A DNA stretch of 37,505 nt, from IMG/VR virus record IMGVR_UViG_3300044674_002913, positions 1 to 37,505 of that record, one strand, 5' to 3'. Positions within the stretch are counted from its first letter, which is position 1. Every line of letters starts with the position of its first letter. Shown here piece after piece: positions 18,463-27,272 of the stretch. The notes below the pieces were generated by a model. The model ran no database searches, had not been told where the DNA came from, and was given only the letters and a program-made list of their open reading frames with translations. The position numbers were made by a program, and so were the translations under genes. Origin of the DNA: a virus (Duplodnaviria > Caudoviricetes).

Positions 18463-18932
18463 TGCATGAAGAAATAGAAAAATGGATAATGGAATTTTTA
18501 AGTGTTCCTAATCCAGCGTTTAACGGCTTGCCGCCTTGCCCGTATGCAAAACAAGTATGGCTTAATGACCGGGTTAAGGTAATAGATATAGGCAGTGATG
18601 TAGACTTATATATTACAACCATGATACAAGACTGCATGCAAAACTGGCCAGAAAACACAGATGTTGTGATGTTGGTTACAGATCCTGAACTGTTTACAGG
18701 AAAACAGTTGGACGAAATGTGTATTACAGCCAGTAATGAAGATTATGTATTGTTATGGGATCATCCTGACAACAAAGAAGTAGTTGATGGTGTAGTGTTA
18801 AATCAGGGCAAATATGCATTAACTTTTATACAACCCAGGCGTGAACTAGATCTTGCACGAAAAACACTAGAAGAACAAGGGTACTACAAGAACTTTACAA
18901 AAGAGTACAAGGAAGATATAATAGATAGATGA
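18462..18932 (+). CDS. DUF1415-like protein
   Basis: FNGLPPCPYAK, DHP and LDLARKTL..QGYY motifs. Confidence 0.6.
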   Translation: MHEEIEKWIMEFLSVPNPAFNGLPPCPYAKQVWLNDRVKVIDIGSDVDLYITTMIQDCMQNWPENTDVVMLVTDPELFTGKQLDEMCITASNEDYVLLWDHPDNKEVVDGVVLNQGKYALTFIQPRRELDLARKTLEEQGYYKNFTKEYKEDIIDR

Positions 18933-19378
18933 CAGAACATCCGATTTATGCTAAAGTAAATTTACAAGAAACAAACTACACACCTAGCAAAAAAATAGAT
19001 TATAAACTATTGCCTAAGGATACAGATCCAGAACCGTTATTGGAAATTTACAAAAAATATGCTACCTACAAGGACTTTAAAAGTGCGTGGCCTATATATC
19101 CTGATGAGTTTAACAAGCCTTACAATGATATCCTTGCATACTACAACAACGGCGAAATAGTTGCCTGGACTATGATTTTTTTATTGGCTAAGAACGCAGT
19201 CTGGAACGTGCAATTTGCCTGGGACTATGCTGATCCAAGTTTAAAATTAGGGTATAAAAGTATTAGGAATGAATGTGGCATTTACAGGCTCAAAGGCTAC
19301 TCAGAAATGTTAATAGATCGCAATCAAAAATATAAGACAGATCTACAAGGCTACGAAGAGTTTGGACCCATAGCATGA
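18929..19378 (+). CDS. GNAT-fold protein resembling the C-terminal domain of arginyl/leucyl-tRNA-protein transferase (ATE/Bpt)
   Basis: YYNNGEIVAW...QFAWDYADPSLKLGYKSI..E......GY.....KYK pattern. Confidence 0.55.
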   Translation: MTEHPIYAKVNLQETNYTPSKKIDYKLLPKDTDPEPLLEIYKKYATYKDFKSAWPIYPDEFNKPYNDILAYYNNGEIVAWTMIFLLAKNAVWNVQFAWDYADPSLKLGYKSIRNECGIYRLKGYSEMLIDRNQKYKTDLQGYEEFGPIA

Positions 19379-19695
19379 ATGTTTACACAATATATGCAGA
19401 TCTCAAAGAAGACATAAATCCAAATTTGTTTTTAGATAGTATTAATGCTTTCTTTAAAACACTGGATACACTACAAGCTCATAGGATAACACGTATGAAA
19501 TTGGGTTTTAGAAGCAAGAACATTGGCGAGTGGCGTATTGACATGGAGTTTAAGACCATGCAGGAACTAGATGATGCTATGGAACTAGTGCTATACAACA
19601 AGGACACTAGCGATAATCATATAAACTTTACACAGTATGTGGATGCAAGCAGTCTAGATCATTTCCTTTACAGGGACTTCCCAGATGACATATAA
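19375..19695 (+). CDS. DUF6614-like dimeric alpha/beta barrel protein
   Basis: RITRMKLGFR, EWRIDMEF and LYRDFPD motifs. Confidence 0.55.
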   Translation: MNVYTIYADLKEDINPNLFLDSINAFFKTLDTLQAHRITRMKLGFRSKNIGEWRIDMEFKTMQELDDAMELVLYNKDTSDNHINFTQYVDASSLDHFLYRDFPDDI

Positions 19696-20842
19696 TATAT
19701 GGAATAAGTGGGATCCCCTTAAGGTCTGTATGTTAGGAAATAACTATGCGCCTGAGTTTTTCGATGGATGTGACCCTAAAGCTAGCGATCCTCTAAAGCG
19801 TATATGTGAAGAAACACTGGAAGATTTACAAGGATTCAAACAAGTACTACAAGACTTTGGTGTGGATGTAATACAACCTACAATGGACCCAAATGAAAGA
19901 TTTTTAGACAATCCATATAGATATCCGCGAGGACCTTTGCAACCCAGAGATCATCATCTTGTAATAGGAAATACGTGTTTTGTTAATGAGGGAGCAGATC
20001 ATCCAGCAATTATTGACGAATTAGACAAGTACAGCAAAGTAACTTATAATGTAAGAGAAAATTTTAAATATGTTTATCCTTATATACGAGATGAAGAAAA
20101 ATATAATATAATAAAAGGCTCTGATTATCCCAGTTGGAAAGATTTTTTAGCCAACAGAACAAACAAAGAATATTTTCCAGAGCATGTGTGGAAAGAAATG
20201 ATGGAATTATATGCAACAAATACTATGCCATTTTGTTCTAGTGCTAACTGTTTTATGATAGGAAAAAAATTATTTGTTGGTTTGGCGGAAGACGAATTTT
20301 ATCCGTCCGAAGACGAAGTCAGCAAACTTCATCCTGATTTAGAAAATTTTCAAATTGTATATAGTAACATAGACGGACACAGTGATGGAAACTTTCATCC
20401 AATTAAACCTGGTGCAATACTTAGTTTATATAATGTACAAAACTATACAGAAACATTTCCTGGATGGGATGTGTGTTACTTGCGGGGCGAGACATGGAGC
20501 AAAGTTAACGGATTTACCAAACTAAAAAGGCAAAATGCTGGAAAATGGTATCTAGCAGGAGAAACAGATAACAATGAGTTTACACACTTTGTTGAGACTT
20601 GGCTACAGGATTGGGTAGGTTATGTGGAAGAAACTGTTTTCGATGTTAATGTACTCATGCTTGACGAACATCATTGTTGCGTTACAAATACTAATAATGA
20701 ACAAGTTAATAAATTTTTTAAGAAACATAAGATAGAACCAGTGCATATTCCTTGGAGGCACAGATTTTTTTGGGACGGCGGTCTACACTGTATTACACTT
20801 GATCTTCATAGAGAAGGAACACAAAAGGATTACTTTTTATGA
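19685..20842 (+). CDS. Amidinotransferase (glycine/inosamine-phosphate family)
   Basis: WDPLK, QPRD, GHSDG and GGLHCITLDLHR with the catalytic Cys. Confidence 0.85.
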   Translation: MTYNIWNKWDPLKVCMLGNNYAPEFFDGCDPKASDPLKRICEETLEDLQGFKQVLQDFGVDVIQPTMDPNERFLDNPYRYPRGPLQPRDHHLVIGNTCFVNEGADHPAIIDELDKYSKVTYNVRENFKYVYPYIRDEEKYNIIKGSDYPSWKDFLANRTNKEYFPEHVWKEMMELYATNTMPFCSSANCFMIGKKLFVGLAEDEFYPSEDEVSKLHPDLENFQIVYSNIDGHSDGNFHPIKPGAILSLYNVQNYTETFPGWDVCYLRGETWSKVNGFTKLKRQNAGKWYLAGETDNNEFTHFVETWLQDWVGYVEETVFDVNVLMLDEHHCCVTNTNNEQVNKFFKKHKIEPVHIPWRHRFFWDGGLHCITLDLHREGTQKDYFL

Positions 20843-21120
20843 CATCAACAATTACAATATATACAAAACACTGGTGTGGTTATTGTGATATGGCGAAGAA
20901 TTATTTGCGTGAAAATAATGTAGAGTTTACAGAAATTAATATTGACGACGATAGAGACGCACGTGAATATATGCGGGCAGAAGGACACAGAACTGCACCA
21001 CAAATTTATTACAAGGGAAAACTATTAGTAGAAGGTGGTGCTACTGGATTAACTAGTCTTAGCGGAACAGAGATCCGTGAGCGTATGGGGGATTTAGGGT
21101 TAAATGACCTCACGCTATGA
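20839..21120 (+). CDS. Glutaredoxin
   Basis: CGYC active site, RTAPQI, GG motif; near nrdAB. Confidence 0.9.
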   Translation: MTSTITIYTKHWCGYCDMAKNYLRENNVEFTEINIDDDRDAREYMRAEGHRTAPQIYYKGKLLVEGGATGLTSLSGTEIRERMGDLGLNDLTL

Positions 21121-21328
21121 GATTAGAATTACACTAAAAAACGGTATATTGGATAATGCTGGAAGGGCAGTAACTCGTGCACTAAACACAATGGGTTATG
21201 ACACTGTAAATGATGTACGTATAGGCAAAACAATATATATTGAAACCGATCAAGATCCAGAACCAATGGCTCGATCACAAGTAAATGCAGTTATGGAAGA
21301 CTATGTTATAATAGCACATAATGATTAA
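21104..21328 (+). CDS. purS: Phosphoribosylformylglycinamidine synthase subunit PurS
   Basis: ITLKNGILD..GRAV..AL..MGY..V.DVRIGK and VMEDY motifs. Confidence 0.85.
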   Translation: MTSRYEIRITLKNGILDNAGRAVTRALNTMGYDTVNDVRIGKTIYIETDQDPEPMARSQVNAVMEDYVIIAHND

Positions 21329-21342
21329 CGGTAAATAGTATT

Positions 21343-21633
21343 ATGGGAAGACCAATAGTAAGAATAGGTGATATTAACAGTGGTGGCGGCGTTGCAGTAC
21401 AAGGTCATATGAATATCACTGTGAATGGAAGACCAGCAGCCAAGCAAGGTAGTCTAGTAACACCTCATCCTTGTTGTGGCGCACCAGGATGTGACATTCA
21501 TTGTGCGGCAACGGCGGCGTATCCAGGTAGTTTTAAAGTTACTATGAATGGCATACCAGCTCTTAGAATAGGCGACATAGATACATGCTTCCATCCGAGA
21601 GCAACCGGCTCAATGAATACAACAGCGGCATAG
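21343..21633 (+). CDS. PAAR-domain tail spike tip protein
   Basis: RIGD, NGRPAA, NGIPALRIGD repeats with Cys/His. Confidence 0.9.
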   Translation: MGRPIVRIGDINSGGGVAVQGHMNITVNGRPAAKQGSLVTPHPCCGAPGCDIHCAATAAYPGSFKVTMNGIPALRIGDIDTCFHPRATGSMNTTAA

Positions 21634-21642
21634 GAGAATAAT

Positions 21643-23454
21643 ATGGCTTGCGTAACAGCAGTTGTAAGTTTTGCAGGAATGAGTGCGCTAGGCGGTAGTC
21701 TAGGTGGATTTGGTCTTGGTAACTTGGGCGGCGGCATTGCTAGTTCTCTTGGGGGTCTTGCGAGTGCAGCTGGGCCGCTAAGTTCACTTGCTAGTATATC
21801 CAGTGTTACTAGTGCAATACCGAGTATTGGTGGTTTGGCTGCTTTACCTGGTGGTGCGCTTGGTAATTTAACAAGCACAGTTGGCGGCAGTCTCACTAGT
21901 TTTGGCAGTGGTATTGCTGGTGGTGCGCTTAGTAATGGTATAGGCAGCGCATTTAGCAGTATAGGTGGTGGAGCATTCACAAGTGCGTTAGGTAGTCATG
22001 CTGGTGATTTATTTGGTAGTGGTCCTTTGCAAGCATTTCAAACATTTAATGCGGCAGAATCGTTTAGTGGAATTAGTCAAGGGTTAGCAGGAAGTCTTCA
22101 GGGTGCACTGGACGGCGTAAATTTTGGACAAGCAGTAAGTAGTTTAACATCAACATTGCCTATAAATGGTGACTTTGGGAATTTCCTAGGATCAAGTATA
22201 GGCGATATCCAGGGCATGGTTACAAATGGACTCAGCAGTTTAACTAGCGTGGTTGGAGATATGCCAAACTTTGCAGGAGAACTTGCCAGTTTAGGCAGTG
22301 CCTTTGATTTAGGTAATCTTACAGAGTTTGGAAATCCAGGGCAACTTATACAACAAATTAGTGCTAAAGGCGGACTGGATATCACAGGCATTACTAGTGC
22401 TCTAGGCGAAGTAGGACTAGGAGATGTAAGTATTAGTAGTTTAAGCAATCCTATCTTTAATGCAGAGCTAGGCGATGCATTAGGGATGATTGGCAATCCA
22501 CAGATGATTGCAAATGCACAGGCTTTGTTGGGTAGTAGCGTTGGCGGGTTATCTAGTTTAGCTGACTTTACTGACCTGGCAAAAGTTATGCCAGCAAGTT
22601 TTGATAGTATCCCGTTTGATGATTTTAGCCAGTTAGGTGAGCACCTACAGGGCGTAGAACTAGGAAGCCTTGCTAACACTAGTGAACTTGGTGGACTGTT
22701 ACAAAGTGTTAGTACTGTAGATATCCCGAGTATTATTAATAATACCCAAGTTATTGCACCAGATGCATTGAGTAATATTACTAGTAATTTTTTAGGTGGC
22801 AGTGGAGCAACTGGTGGAATACTAACATCTGATCTAATGGGCTCAGTGGGAGGTATTGGACTTACTGCTCAGTTTGCATCTTATAAGGATGCTATTGATT
22901 CAATAGATACAGCAGGAGGGTTCAGCGCAGTTAACTCATTATACAGTCAGTTAAACGCAGGTATTAATGGAGACTATTTGGATGTTCCCGGAGATCCCGC
23001 TACTAGTACAGATATTACTGATCCTTTTGATAGTAGTGTCTACACAGATTTAGATAGTTTTGTTGAAGCCAAACAAACTCAAATTGAGGGTGCTATACAG
23101 GCAGTAGCTACTGCTTATCCAACTGAAACAGCAGTAGCACAAGGCAGATATGGTGATATGCAACGCAAAGTATATCAGGAAAAACTTCATGCAGGCAAAA
23201 CCGATCTACAGTTAGAACTTAGAGATGAAAGGCCTGATAATGCATATCATTTTGTAAGTAGTATGCAGGACCGTGCAAGCCGTAGTGATGTAATTGCTAT
23301 TGTTGAAGGTATGCAGGATCAAGCCGTAAATAATGGCGACATTTATGGTGAGTATTGGCGTGCATATACAGCAGAATCTAAAAATCGTAATCGGGCGGAT
23401 GAGTATAATATTCGCTGGCGTGGCGAACACCTGGATGAATTTGAAGTAATCTAA
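21643..23454 (+). CDS. Gly/Ser-rich virion (baseplate/tail-associated) protein
   Basis: Follows PAAR; AGGAG SD; long G/S/L-rich region. Confidence 0.6.
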   Translation: MACVTAVVSFAGMSALGGSLGGFGLGNLGGGIASSLGGLASAAGPLSSLASISSVTSAIPSIGGLAALPGGALGNLTSTVGGSLTSFGSGIAGGALSNGIGSAFSSIGGGAFTSALGSHAGDLFGSGPLQAFQTFNAAESFSGISQGLAGSLQGALDGVNFGQAVSSLTSTLPINGDFGNFLGSSIGDIQGMVTNGLSSLTSVVGDMPNFAGELASLGSAFDLGNLTEFGNPGQLIQQISAKGGLDITGITSALGEVGLGDVSISSLSNPIFNAELGDALGMIGNPQMIANAQALLGSSVGGLSSLADFTDLAKVMPASFDSIPFDDFSQLGEHLQGVELGSLANTSELGGLLQSVSTVDIPSIINNTQVIAPDALSNITSNFLGGSGATGGILTSDLMGSVGGIGLTAQFASYKDAIDSIDTAGGFSAVNSLYSQLNAGINGDYLDVPGDPATSTDITDPFDSSVYTDLDSFVEAKQTQIEGAIQAVATAYPTETAVAQGRYGDMQRKVYQEKLHAGKTDLQLELRDERPDNAYHFVSSMQDRASRSDVIAIVEGMQDQAVNNGDIYGEYWRAYTAESKNRNRADEYNIRWRGEHLDEFEVI

Positions 23455-23456
23455 TC

Positions 23457-23606
23457 ATGAAACATTTAAAAGAAACGGGCTATACATATTTCGCCCATAT
23501 GCGTAGAGCATTTTGTATAGCCTTTGTCCTTGTTGTCCATGGTATTGTGCCGGGCATTTGGACAGACAAAGCAACTCAAATGCTTTGTAATCCTGACACA
23601 GAATAA
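23457..23606 (+). CDS. Small membrane protein, DUF6356-like (49 aa)
   Basis: Not in ORF track; MKHLKETGYTYFAHMRRAF...VVHGIVPGIW. Confidence 0.6.
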   Translation: MKHLKETGYTYFAHMRRAFCIAFVLVVHGIVPGIWTDKATQMLCNPDTE

Positions 23607-23607
23607 G

Positions 23608-23638
23608 TTGACAAAACTCCTAAAATAGTATATAAATA
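23608..23638 (+). promoter_or_regulatory. Overlapping sigma70 and T4-late promoter for tmRNA
   Basis: TTGACA-17 bp-TATAAA; the -10 also reads TATAAATA. Confidence 0.7.
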
Positions 23639-23644
23639 AGATAC

Positions 23645-24025
23645 AATTTGATGATACGAATTGAATACAGAACTGGACCGGGGGGCAGTACCCCGCGCCT
23701 CCACCATAAACACATGAGGATATAATGAATTGGGATTGGCATTGGATTAGTTGGTTTAAAGGAACTCCTTTTCAATGGGGTGAATTTAGATTAAACAGTG
23801 GGAATCCTTATAAAAGTTATAGATTTGGGCCATTACTTATTCGTGTGTTTATGAGGGGGGCGAACTAGGATCGACAGGCTGGAATAGATGAGTGGAGAAT
23901 TGTCGGATGACTCCGTTATTGGTCAATTTAGTAAATGCAAACGATAATGCAAACTATGGAGATTACGCTTTAGCAGCATAATCTTTCGGGGTTCGGTGGG
24001 TTCCTAGCAACAGAATACCCACCAC
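23645..24025 (+). ncRNA. ssrA: Circularly permuted two-piece tmRNA (alphaproteobacterial type); outer ends approximate
   Basis: Acceptor piece CGGGG-GGCAGTA-CCCCG-CGCCTCC-ACCA ends 23706; coding piece starts GGGGGCG at 23856 (G3:U70); tag ANDNANYGDYALAA* at 23937-23981; 3' hairpin GGTGGG/CCCACC. Confidence 0.93.
23725..23868 (+). CDS. 47-aa Trp-rich ORF in the tmRNA intervening segment
   Basis: GAGGA SD; MNWDWHWISWFKGTPFQWGEFRLNSGNPYKSYRFGPLLIRVFMRGAN*. Confidence 0.5.
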   Translation: MNWDWHWISWFKGTPFQWGEFRLNSGNPYKSYRFGPLLIRVFMRGAN

Positions 24026-24142
24026 TTAACATAATGTGGTAAATATATCACATTTTTATAATTACTTTAAGATAGGACGTAGAACCACTGTCTACATAAC
24101 TCTAACTAAATAATTGTGAAGTATTAAAAGTAGACAAATTAA

Positions 24143-24409
24143 ATGAAACATGCTGTAATTATAGTATTATTACTACTACCAGGCTGCGGCACAACAGAAT
24201 TACTTGGGACTATAGGAAGCTGGGCAGCAGACGGTATAGTTGAAGCAGAAACAGGAAAAGGTATTGCTGACAAGGTTGTTAGTGATATCACAGGCAAAGA
24301 TTGCACACTTAAACAACTGTTTGATAGTAAAAAACCAATTTGTGTAAAATCTAAAGAGAAAGAGAAAGATAATGGGAAAGAAGAAATCAAGGACGAGCCA
24401 AACAAGTAA
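24143..24409 (+). CDS. Putative lipoprotein
   Basis: Hydrophobic leader and lipobox LPGC. Confidence 0.65.
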   Translation: MKHAVIIVLLLLPGCGTTELLGTIGSWAADGIVEAETGKGIADKVVSDITGKDCTLKQLFDSKKPICVKSKEKEKDNGKEEIKDEPNK

Positions 24410-24644
24410 AGGCGAGCGCAACAATGTATCTAAAAAAGTAGTTAACTCTATGCGGCGTGATTACCTAGCCAACGGGATCGCCCGAATAAATAATCAGATC
24501 AAGGCAATGAAAAAAGGTAAGCGTGTTATGGTTACCATTGAAAATCCTAATAAGAACGAAACAAACAAACGCTTTATTCGCGTTCCTGGTAATGAAGTAT
24601 GGAAATTTGGCAGTTACTCGATGAAACCCGGAGGCCCAAGCTAG
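24372..24644 (+). CDS. Small basic phage protein
   Basis: K/R-rich; VTIENPNKNETNKRFIRV. Confidence 0.65.
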   Translation: MGKKKSRTSQTSKGERNNVSKKVVNSMRRDYLANGIARINNQIKAMKKGKRVMVTIENPNKNETNKRFIRVPGNEVWKFGSYSMKPGGPS

Positions 24645-24690
24645 ACGGTAATATGCTCGTATAAATACTCCTGGAGAAGGAGTATCGATT

Positions 24691-25119
24691 ATGTATGAAT
24701 ATCGAGTAAATGTCGTCAAAGTTGTAGATGGAGACACTGTAGATGTTGACATCGACCTAGGCTTTGGCGTATGGCTTAAAGACGAACGTGTCCGTATTAT
24801 GGGCATCGACACACCAGAATCCCGCACAAGAGATAAGGTAGAAAAGAAGTTTGGACTTGCATCTAAAGCAAGACTCAAGGAACTACTAGGCAAGAAATCT
24901 ATCCTCAAAACACAAGTAAGCAAAAAAGGTGAAGATATGAAGGGCAAGTTTGGTCGTATTTTAGGCGACTTTGTTGCACCAGACGGTCGCCTAGTAACGG
25001 AAATTATGACTGAAGGTGGATATTGCGTTCCATATTTTGGTGGATCAAAAGAAGATACCCAAGCAGCTCACATGATTAACAGAGAACGGCTAATTTCTGA
25101 AGGAAAAGTTACTCTATAA
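24691..25119 (+). CDS. Thermonuclease (SNase-like)
   Basis: VVDGDTV, RVRIMGIDTPESR, GKFGRILG. Confidence 0.9.
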   Translation: MYEYRVNVVKVVDGDTVDVDIDLGFGVWLKDERVRIMGIDTPESRTRDKVEKKFGLASKARLKELLGKKSILKTQVSKKGEDMKGKFGRILGDFVAPDGRLVTEIMTEGGYCVPYFGGSKEDTQAAHMINRERLISEGKVTL

Positions 25120-25122
25120 CGG

Positions 25123-25150
25123 TTGACAAGTCTCAAATACAAGTTAATAT
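25123..25150 (+). promoter_or_regulatory. Early promoter family member
   Basis: GG-TTGACA-16 bp-TAATAT. Confidence 0.6.
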
Positions 25151-25180
25151 AGTATATCGTTAACAAGCATGGAGGGTCTT

Positions 25181-25897
25181 ATGGGACCTAGAGCTGGGTT
25201 ATTGGTTATTGGATTTATGGCTGGTGTAGTGTCTTATTACTACGGCGGTGAACCACGCATAGAGATTGAAGTTGTTGAGGTTGAAAAGACAGTTGAAAAA
25301 CTTGTACCTGTAGATAAAGTTATTGTCAAAGAGGTAGAAGTACCTACTGTAGTTGAAAAGGTAGTAATCAAAGAAGTTCCTACTACTAAAACACGTATTG
25401 TATATCTACCAAAACAGCCTTCCAATGTAAAAATAGACAAAGAAGAACAATACTGTATGGCACTTAACATGTACCGCGAAGCAAGCAATCAAAGCGTTGC
25501 TGGTATGATCGCTGTTGGTCGTGTAGTTATGAACCGTGTAAAGAACAGGCGCTATCCTGGTAGCCCTTGTGAAGTTATATACGAAGGCCCACATCGTGAA
25601 AGTTGGAAGACTAGAGGGAAGGATGTGGATGATACTAAAAGAGAATATTATCCTGTTCGCCACAAATGCCAGTTTAGTTGGTATTGTGACGGCAAAGTAG
25701 ACCCTCCTGCAAATAAGGAAAGTGTTAGTTGGAAACTTGCTGAAGATGTAGCATATCAGATCCTAGCGTTTGACAAATGGAACGGCATGGTAGAAGGTGC
25801 TACACATTACCATGCAGATTATGTCAGTCCCCATTGGCGTAAAAGTATGCGTCTGATAACTAAGATCGACGACCATATCTTTTACAGAGAGAACTAG
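25181..25897 (+). CDS. Cell wall hydrolase, SleB family
   Basis: CMALNMYREA, VVMNRV, CQFSWYCDG, GATHYHADYVSPHW, IDDHIFY; N-terminal TM. Confidence 0.9.
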   Translation: MGPRAGLLVIGFMAGVVSYYYGGEPRIEIEVVEVEKTVEKLVPVDKVIVKEVEVPTVVEKVVIKEVPTTKTRIVYLPKQPSNVKIDKEEQYCMALNMYREASNQSVAGMIAVGRVVMNRVKNRRYPGSPCEVIYEGPHRESWKTRGKDVDDTKREYYPVRHKCQFSWYCDGKVDPPANKESVSWKLAEDVAYQILAFDKWNGMVEGATHYHADYVSPHWRKSMRLITKIDDHIFYREN

Positions 25898-26658
25898 TGT
25901 TTAATACTGATAGTCTAGATCAAGCACGAAAGGATTTTGCAGAGAATAGATTCTGCATTATAGACAATGTGCTCCAAGACGAGTATATAACAGAAATCTA
26001 TGATGCTGTTAAACAGATCGACTATGGGCGTTGGGGTTGCATACACACTAGCCATCAAAAGATATCACCCAAAAAACTTGCTATTATAGATGAAGCGGCT
26101 CTACGTGATGAATACAAACAAGGTGCACAAGGTACTTTTGGCTATTGGCATATGGCTAAATGGATTCTCAAAGATGAAGATTGTGTTTTTATTGATCATC
26201 CACTAACCACAGAGTTTACAAGAGTTTGTGTAGAAGATTACCAGTTAGGCAAGCCGGATACTAGTTTTATGGATCTGGCAAGGTATGTTAGTGGGTTTAC
26301 TAACATGTACACACACCAACCCACATATAGTGCCTACGATCATACTAATTGGTTAAAAGCACATCACGATCCTAGACGCTGGATGGCATATATATTCTAC
26401 CTAAATGATACCTGGGAAACGCATTGGGGCGGACAACTATGTATAATGAACGACGACGAGCAAACTATTAAAACAAGTGTGGAACCATTTGGTAATCGGT
26501 TGCTTTTAATGGACGTTAGTGCTACAATTAAAGATAGGATTAACAAACACTTTATAAGTCCTGTAAGTTATGCCGCTGACCACCCACGTTACACTTTGAC
26601 AGGCTGGTTTTATCAAAAGGATAGTAACGGCCCTACATCTAATGGAGAAAACAAATGA
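25897..26658 (+). CDS. 2OG-Fe(II) oxygenase (prolyl-hydroxylase-like)
   Basis: HHD, YLNDTW...WGGQL, distal H and RYTLTGW; GTG start. Confidence 0.85.
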   Translation: MFNTDSLDQARKDFAENRFCIIDNVLQDEYITEIYDAVKQIDYGRWGCIHTSHQKISPKKLAIIDEAALRDEYKQGAQGTFGYWHMAKWILKDEDCVFIDHPLTTEFTRVCVEDYQLGKPDTSFMDLARYVSGFTNMYTHQPTYSAYDHTNWLKAHHDPRRWMAYIFYLNDTWETHWGGQLCIMNDDEQTIKTSVEPFGNRLLLMDVSATIKDRINKHFISPVSYAADHPRYTLTGWFYQKDSNGPTSNGENK

Positions 26659-26945
26659 ATGATGACGATACTGATAATGTAGTACATCTTATTGTTGCAA
26701 ACGAGTCTGATACGGAAGAACCAAGCCTGGCAGAAAAAACTAGGGCAAGTGTTATTGATGTTTTAGAAGAAATGCTTGAACGTGCTCGAGCTGGTGACAT
26801 AACTGAACTAGTTGCTGCCAGTGTTGACGCTGATGGTGATGCTTGTATTCACGTAAGTAGCGCAGATTGGCTGGGTGCTGTGGGGTTATTTGAGACAGGA
26901 AAACACATTTTTATTACCCAATTTAATTCAAAAATGGTAGACTAA
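26655..26945 (+). CDS. Acidic hypothetical protein
   Basis: GGAG SD; ATGA overlap. Confidence 0.65.
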   Translation: MNDDDTDNVVHLIVANESDTEEPSLAEKTRASVIDVLEEMLERARAGDITELVAASVDADGDACIHVSSADWLGAVGLFETGKHIFITQFNSKMVD

Positions 26946-26982
26946 TCCTGTATACGTGCTACTATGGTTATAGTTAGAAAAC
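26938..26982 (+). promoter_or_regulatory. Early promoter plus conserved leader
   Basis: GG-TAGACT-16 bp-TACTAT; TATGGTTATAGTTAGAAAAC is repeated at 29710. Confidence 0.7.
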
Positions 26983-27002
26983 GAGGAAGGACTGCAGACC
27001 CG

Positions 27003-27272
27003 ATGGTAAACGAAAACGAATTTAATTTCATCCACCCCAAAATGTCTGAGAAGGATATGAAGTCCTTCGGGTTCTGGGATGACAAAGACAGTGCATGGCA
27101 TATTGATCCAATTTGGACTATGGCGCATGTTATGCACCTAGCAGGAGTTTTCCCTAGCGTTGGGCAGGCTCGTAAGAACGGATGGAATAAACCCATCCAG
27201 CCTGGCTTTAGTGAGTTTACTGTTGGCAAAATGAAAAAGAGGGTATGTATTCTTAATGAAATACCAGAGTAA
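27003..27272 (+). CDS. Hypothetical protein with S4-like motif
   Basis: LAGVFPSVGQARKNGW...FTVGK; start moved downstream of the promoter. Confidence 0.55.
   Translation: MVNENEFNFIHPKMSEKDMKSFGFWDDKDSAWHIDPIWTMAHVMHLAGVFPSVGQARKNGWNKPIQPGFSEFTVGKMKKRVCILNEIPE

Noticed and set aside
23680-23706. tmRNA as a prophage attachment site, or window as bacterial chromosome
   Set aside because: No integrase or duplicated 3' end; phage genes and late promoters flank both sides
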